Below are positions 62,281 to 64,000 of a DNA stretch of 64,000 bases, one piece after another. The stretch is taken from assembly GCA_963667015.2 (NCBI GenBank), contig CAXXJJ010000001.1:384001-448000 (forward strand). The letters are read 5' to 3'. A program made the translations under genes and the position numbers. Source of the stretch: Desulfatiglandales bacterium. GTDB taxonomy: Bacteria; Desulfobacterota; DSM-4660; Desulfatiglandales; HGW-15. Under the pieces are notes generated by a model that was given only the letters and a program-made list of their open reading frames with translations, had not been told where the DNA came from and did no database searches. Numbering within the stretch: position 1 is the first letter of the stretch; the number at the start of each line of letters is the position of its first letter.

Positions 62281-63833
62281 TGGCAGATGTTCATGCGCTG
62301 GATAAATATCAGTTACCGAAGCTGGATGTATTACCTGCTCCGGAAAGATATGATAAATTATTAGATGTTATAGAAAAAGCTGATGAAGAAGGGGCAATTG
62401 CGCCCCTTCCTGAAGCTCAGGAATTTGTGCACAGTGAGGACCTGCTGGAGTCAAGGGTTTTAACTATTCGCACACGTCTTTATCTGATGGGGTATCTTGG
62501 TCGTGATAACAAAAGCAGTAAGATAGATGCAAAACTCAGAGAAGCGATATTGAATTTCCAGGCGGAAGCAGGTCTTAAACAGGACAGTTGGGTTGGACGA
62601 AAAACCTGGACTGCTCTACAGGAGTTAGTAAGTTTTGAACATCCAAGTAATCTGGAAAAATGGTTTAACAACGATGGGGTTTCTCCTGTCTTAGTGCGGG
62701 CGGCAAAACTTCGTCTTTTTGTGCTAGGGTTTCTGCCGAGCAAGCAGTCAAAAGATGAATCAAAATTAAAGGAGGCGCTTAAAAAGTTTTCTCTTGTTTC
62801 CGGTATTTTGAATCTGCATCATGAACCTGTGGCCTCGGATTTATCATTAAAAACTTTAAAAGTACTTTTTGATCAGGACAAAATTGTTAATGCGCTGGCG
62901 GATATGAGTGAAAGTTTTACTGTACGTCTGCCGAATGACATTTCAAAAAAAGAAGCAGTTATGACAGTTAAACGTTTTATCATCTGCTGCGCAAAGGTGG
63001 AACTCTGGTTGTTAGGGCACCAGATTCCTCTTGATGGAAAGGCAAATTTTGAGATTCCAGGACGGTTAAATTGCAATTCTTTAGACTATCCACTCTATCA
63101 CGCCTTATATACATTCTGGCGTGAACAGGGGCAGTCCCGAAATTATGCTGAAAAGCATTCTGAAAAAATAACAGGTTATTTTTTTAAGACTCTTCAGGAT
63201 ATTCAGTCTGAGGGGGAAAACATTGATGACCCAAATCTTAGTGATAAAATTTATCAGGAACTGGTCAAAAAGAGTAATAAGGAAATTACCAGCCAGGTAT
63301 GGAGTCATATAAAATCACTTGGCAGTAGAATCTGGGATGGAATTAAAAGAGTCTGGCGATGGATGAAGTCACTGTTTAGTAAAATAATAAAAAAGGTTTC
63401 TACATGGGCAATTAATACTGCCCGACTGGTATACCAGTATGCGGTAAATGCATTTCCGATAGTAAAGAAATTAGCAAAAATAACAGCCTCAACTTTTTCG
63501 GTATTATTTAACAGGACTTTCCCGGATTCCGATATTAAGCATCTTGTTATCAGCAGAGATTTAGATTTTGATTATAATTTATACTTGAATCCTGCAAGAG
63601 ATCCTAAAAAGGTTTTACAGATTTTAGAAAAATTTTCGAGGCAAACATCTCTTTTTAATAAAGGCGCGCATATCCTTGCCTTCCTGCTTCGTACACTTAT
63701 TTATTTAATAAAAAATGTCGCCGCTGCCGGCGGCTGGTTTGGTTTGATTTTAGCTATTGTTAAAATATATCCAGATCTCAAGAAGCTGGATGATATACTT
63801 GATGAAAAAGAAGCATTTCTTGCGGTGGCATGA
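62280..63833 (+). CDS. Peptidoglycan-binding-domain protein with amphipathic/hydrophobic C-terminus
   Basis: RLYLMGYL...AILNFQAEAGLKQDSWVGRKTWTAL matches PG_binding_1; the remainder is not recognised. Confidence 0.75.
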   Translation: MADVHALDKYQLPKLDVLPAPERYDKLLDVIEKADEEGAIAPLPEAQEFVHSEDLLESRVLTIRTRLYLMGYLGRDNKSSKIDAKLREAILNFQAEAGLKQDSWVGRKTWTALQELVSFEHPSNLEKWFNNDGVSPVLVRAAKLRLFVLGFLPSKQSKDESKLKEALKKFSLVSGILNLHHEPVASDLSLKTLKVLFDQDKIVNALADMSESFTVRLPNDISKKEAVMTVKRFIICCAKVELWLLGHQIPLDGKANFEIPGRLNCNSLDYPLYHALYTFWREQGQSRNYAEKHSEKITGYFFKTLQDIQSEGENIDDPNLSDKIYQELVKKSNKEITSQVWSHIKSLGSRIWDGIKRVWRWMKSLFSKIIKKVSTWAINTARLVYQYAVNAFPIVKKLAKITASTFSVLFNRTFPDSDIKHLVISRDLDFDYNLYLNPARDPKKVLQILEKFSRQTSLFNKGAHILAFLLRTLIYLIKNVAAAGGWFGLILAIVKIYPDLKKLDDILDEKEAFLAVA

Positions 63834-64000
63834 TAATGCACAATTAATGATGTGAAAGAGCTAATGACCTTAATCCTCCTGTATCAACTTGCAAGGCAAA
63901 TATATAATGAGGCTCTAGGACTAATTTCTTAATTGTAAATATACTTTTTGGGGAACTTGGGGCGAGCTAGGCTAATTCATTGAAATAGCCTTAGTTCTTC

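Noticed and set aside
63834..64000. Hairpin (aggcta...tagcct) near the window end as an ncRNA or element end
   Set aside because: Truncated by the window edge, so there is not enough context to call it.

Overview
Chromosomal window of a Gram-negative anaerobe. Gene content and protein style suggest Desulfobacterota/deltaproteobacteria; this is inference, as no marker gene is present. From left to right: (1) the end of a molybdopterin-oxidoreductase/4Fe-4S pair and an internally deleted Mo-storage-like gene; (2) a ~29 kb envelope-remodelling block with arnBCADT plus a truncated arnE-like gene, a two-component system, three MCR-1-like phosphoethanolamine transferases, an RND pump, an Omp85 protein, an IS630-disrupted methyltransferase, a second two-component system, a phosphoesterase and a TonB receptor; (3) a split RdgC-like pair and a second RND pump; (4) a TetR-SulP-multi-receiver signalling operon; (5) atoE, a Fic/four-helix-bundle module, a haem-c hybrid kinase, yhbY, a Na/Pi transporter, a frameshifted M16 peptidase, a class II photolyase, two PIN toxin-antitoxin pairs and an uncharacterised terminal gene cluster. 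The best hidden signal is missing from the ORF track: an 87-aa TusA/SirA-like ORF at 45851-46114 whose in-frame TGA aligns with the TusA catalytic Cys and is followed by a SECIS-like hairpin. It is a probable Cys-Sec selenoprotein divergent from the SulP operon. Two identically built PmrA-like promoter boxes, several REP-like repeats and several single-base lesions were also found. No rRNA, tRNA or CRISPR array was seen. All family calls come from motif recognition by eye, with no database searches.
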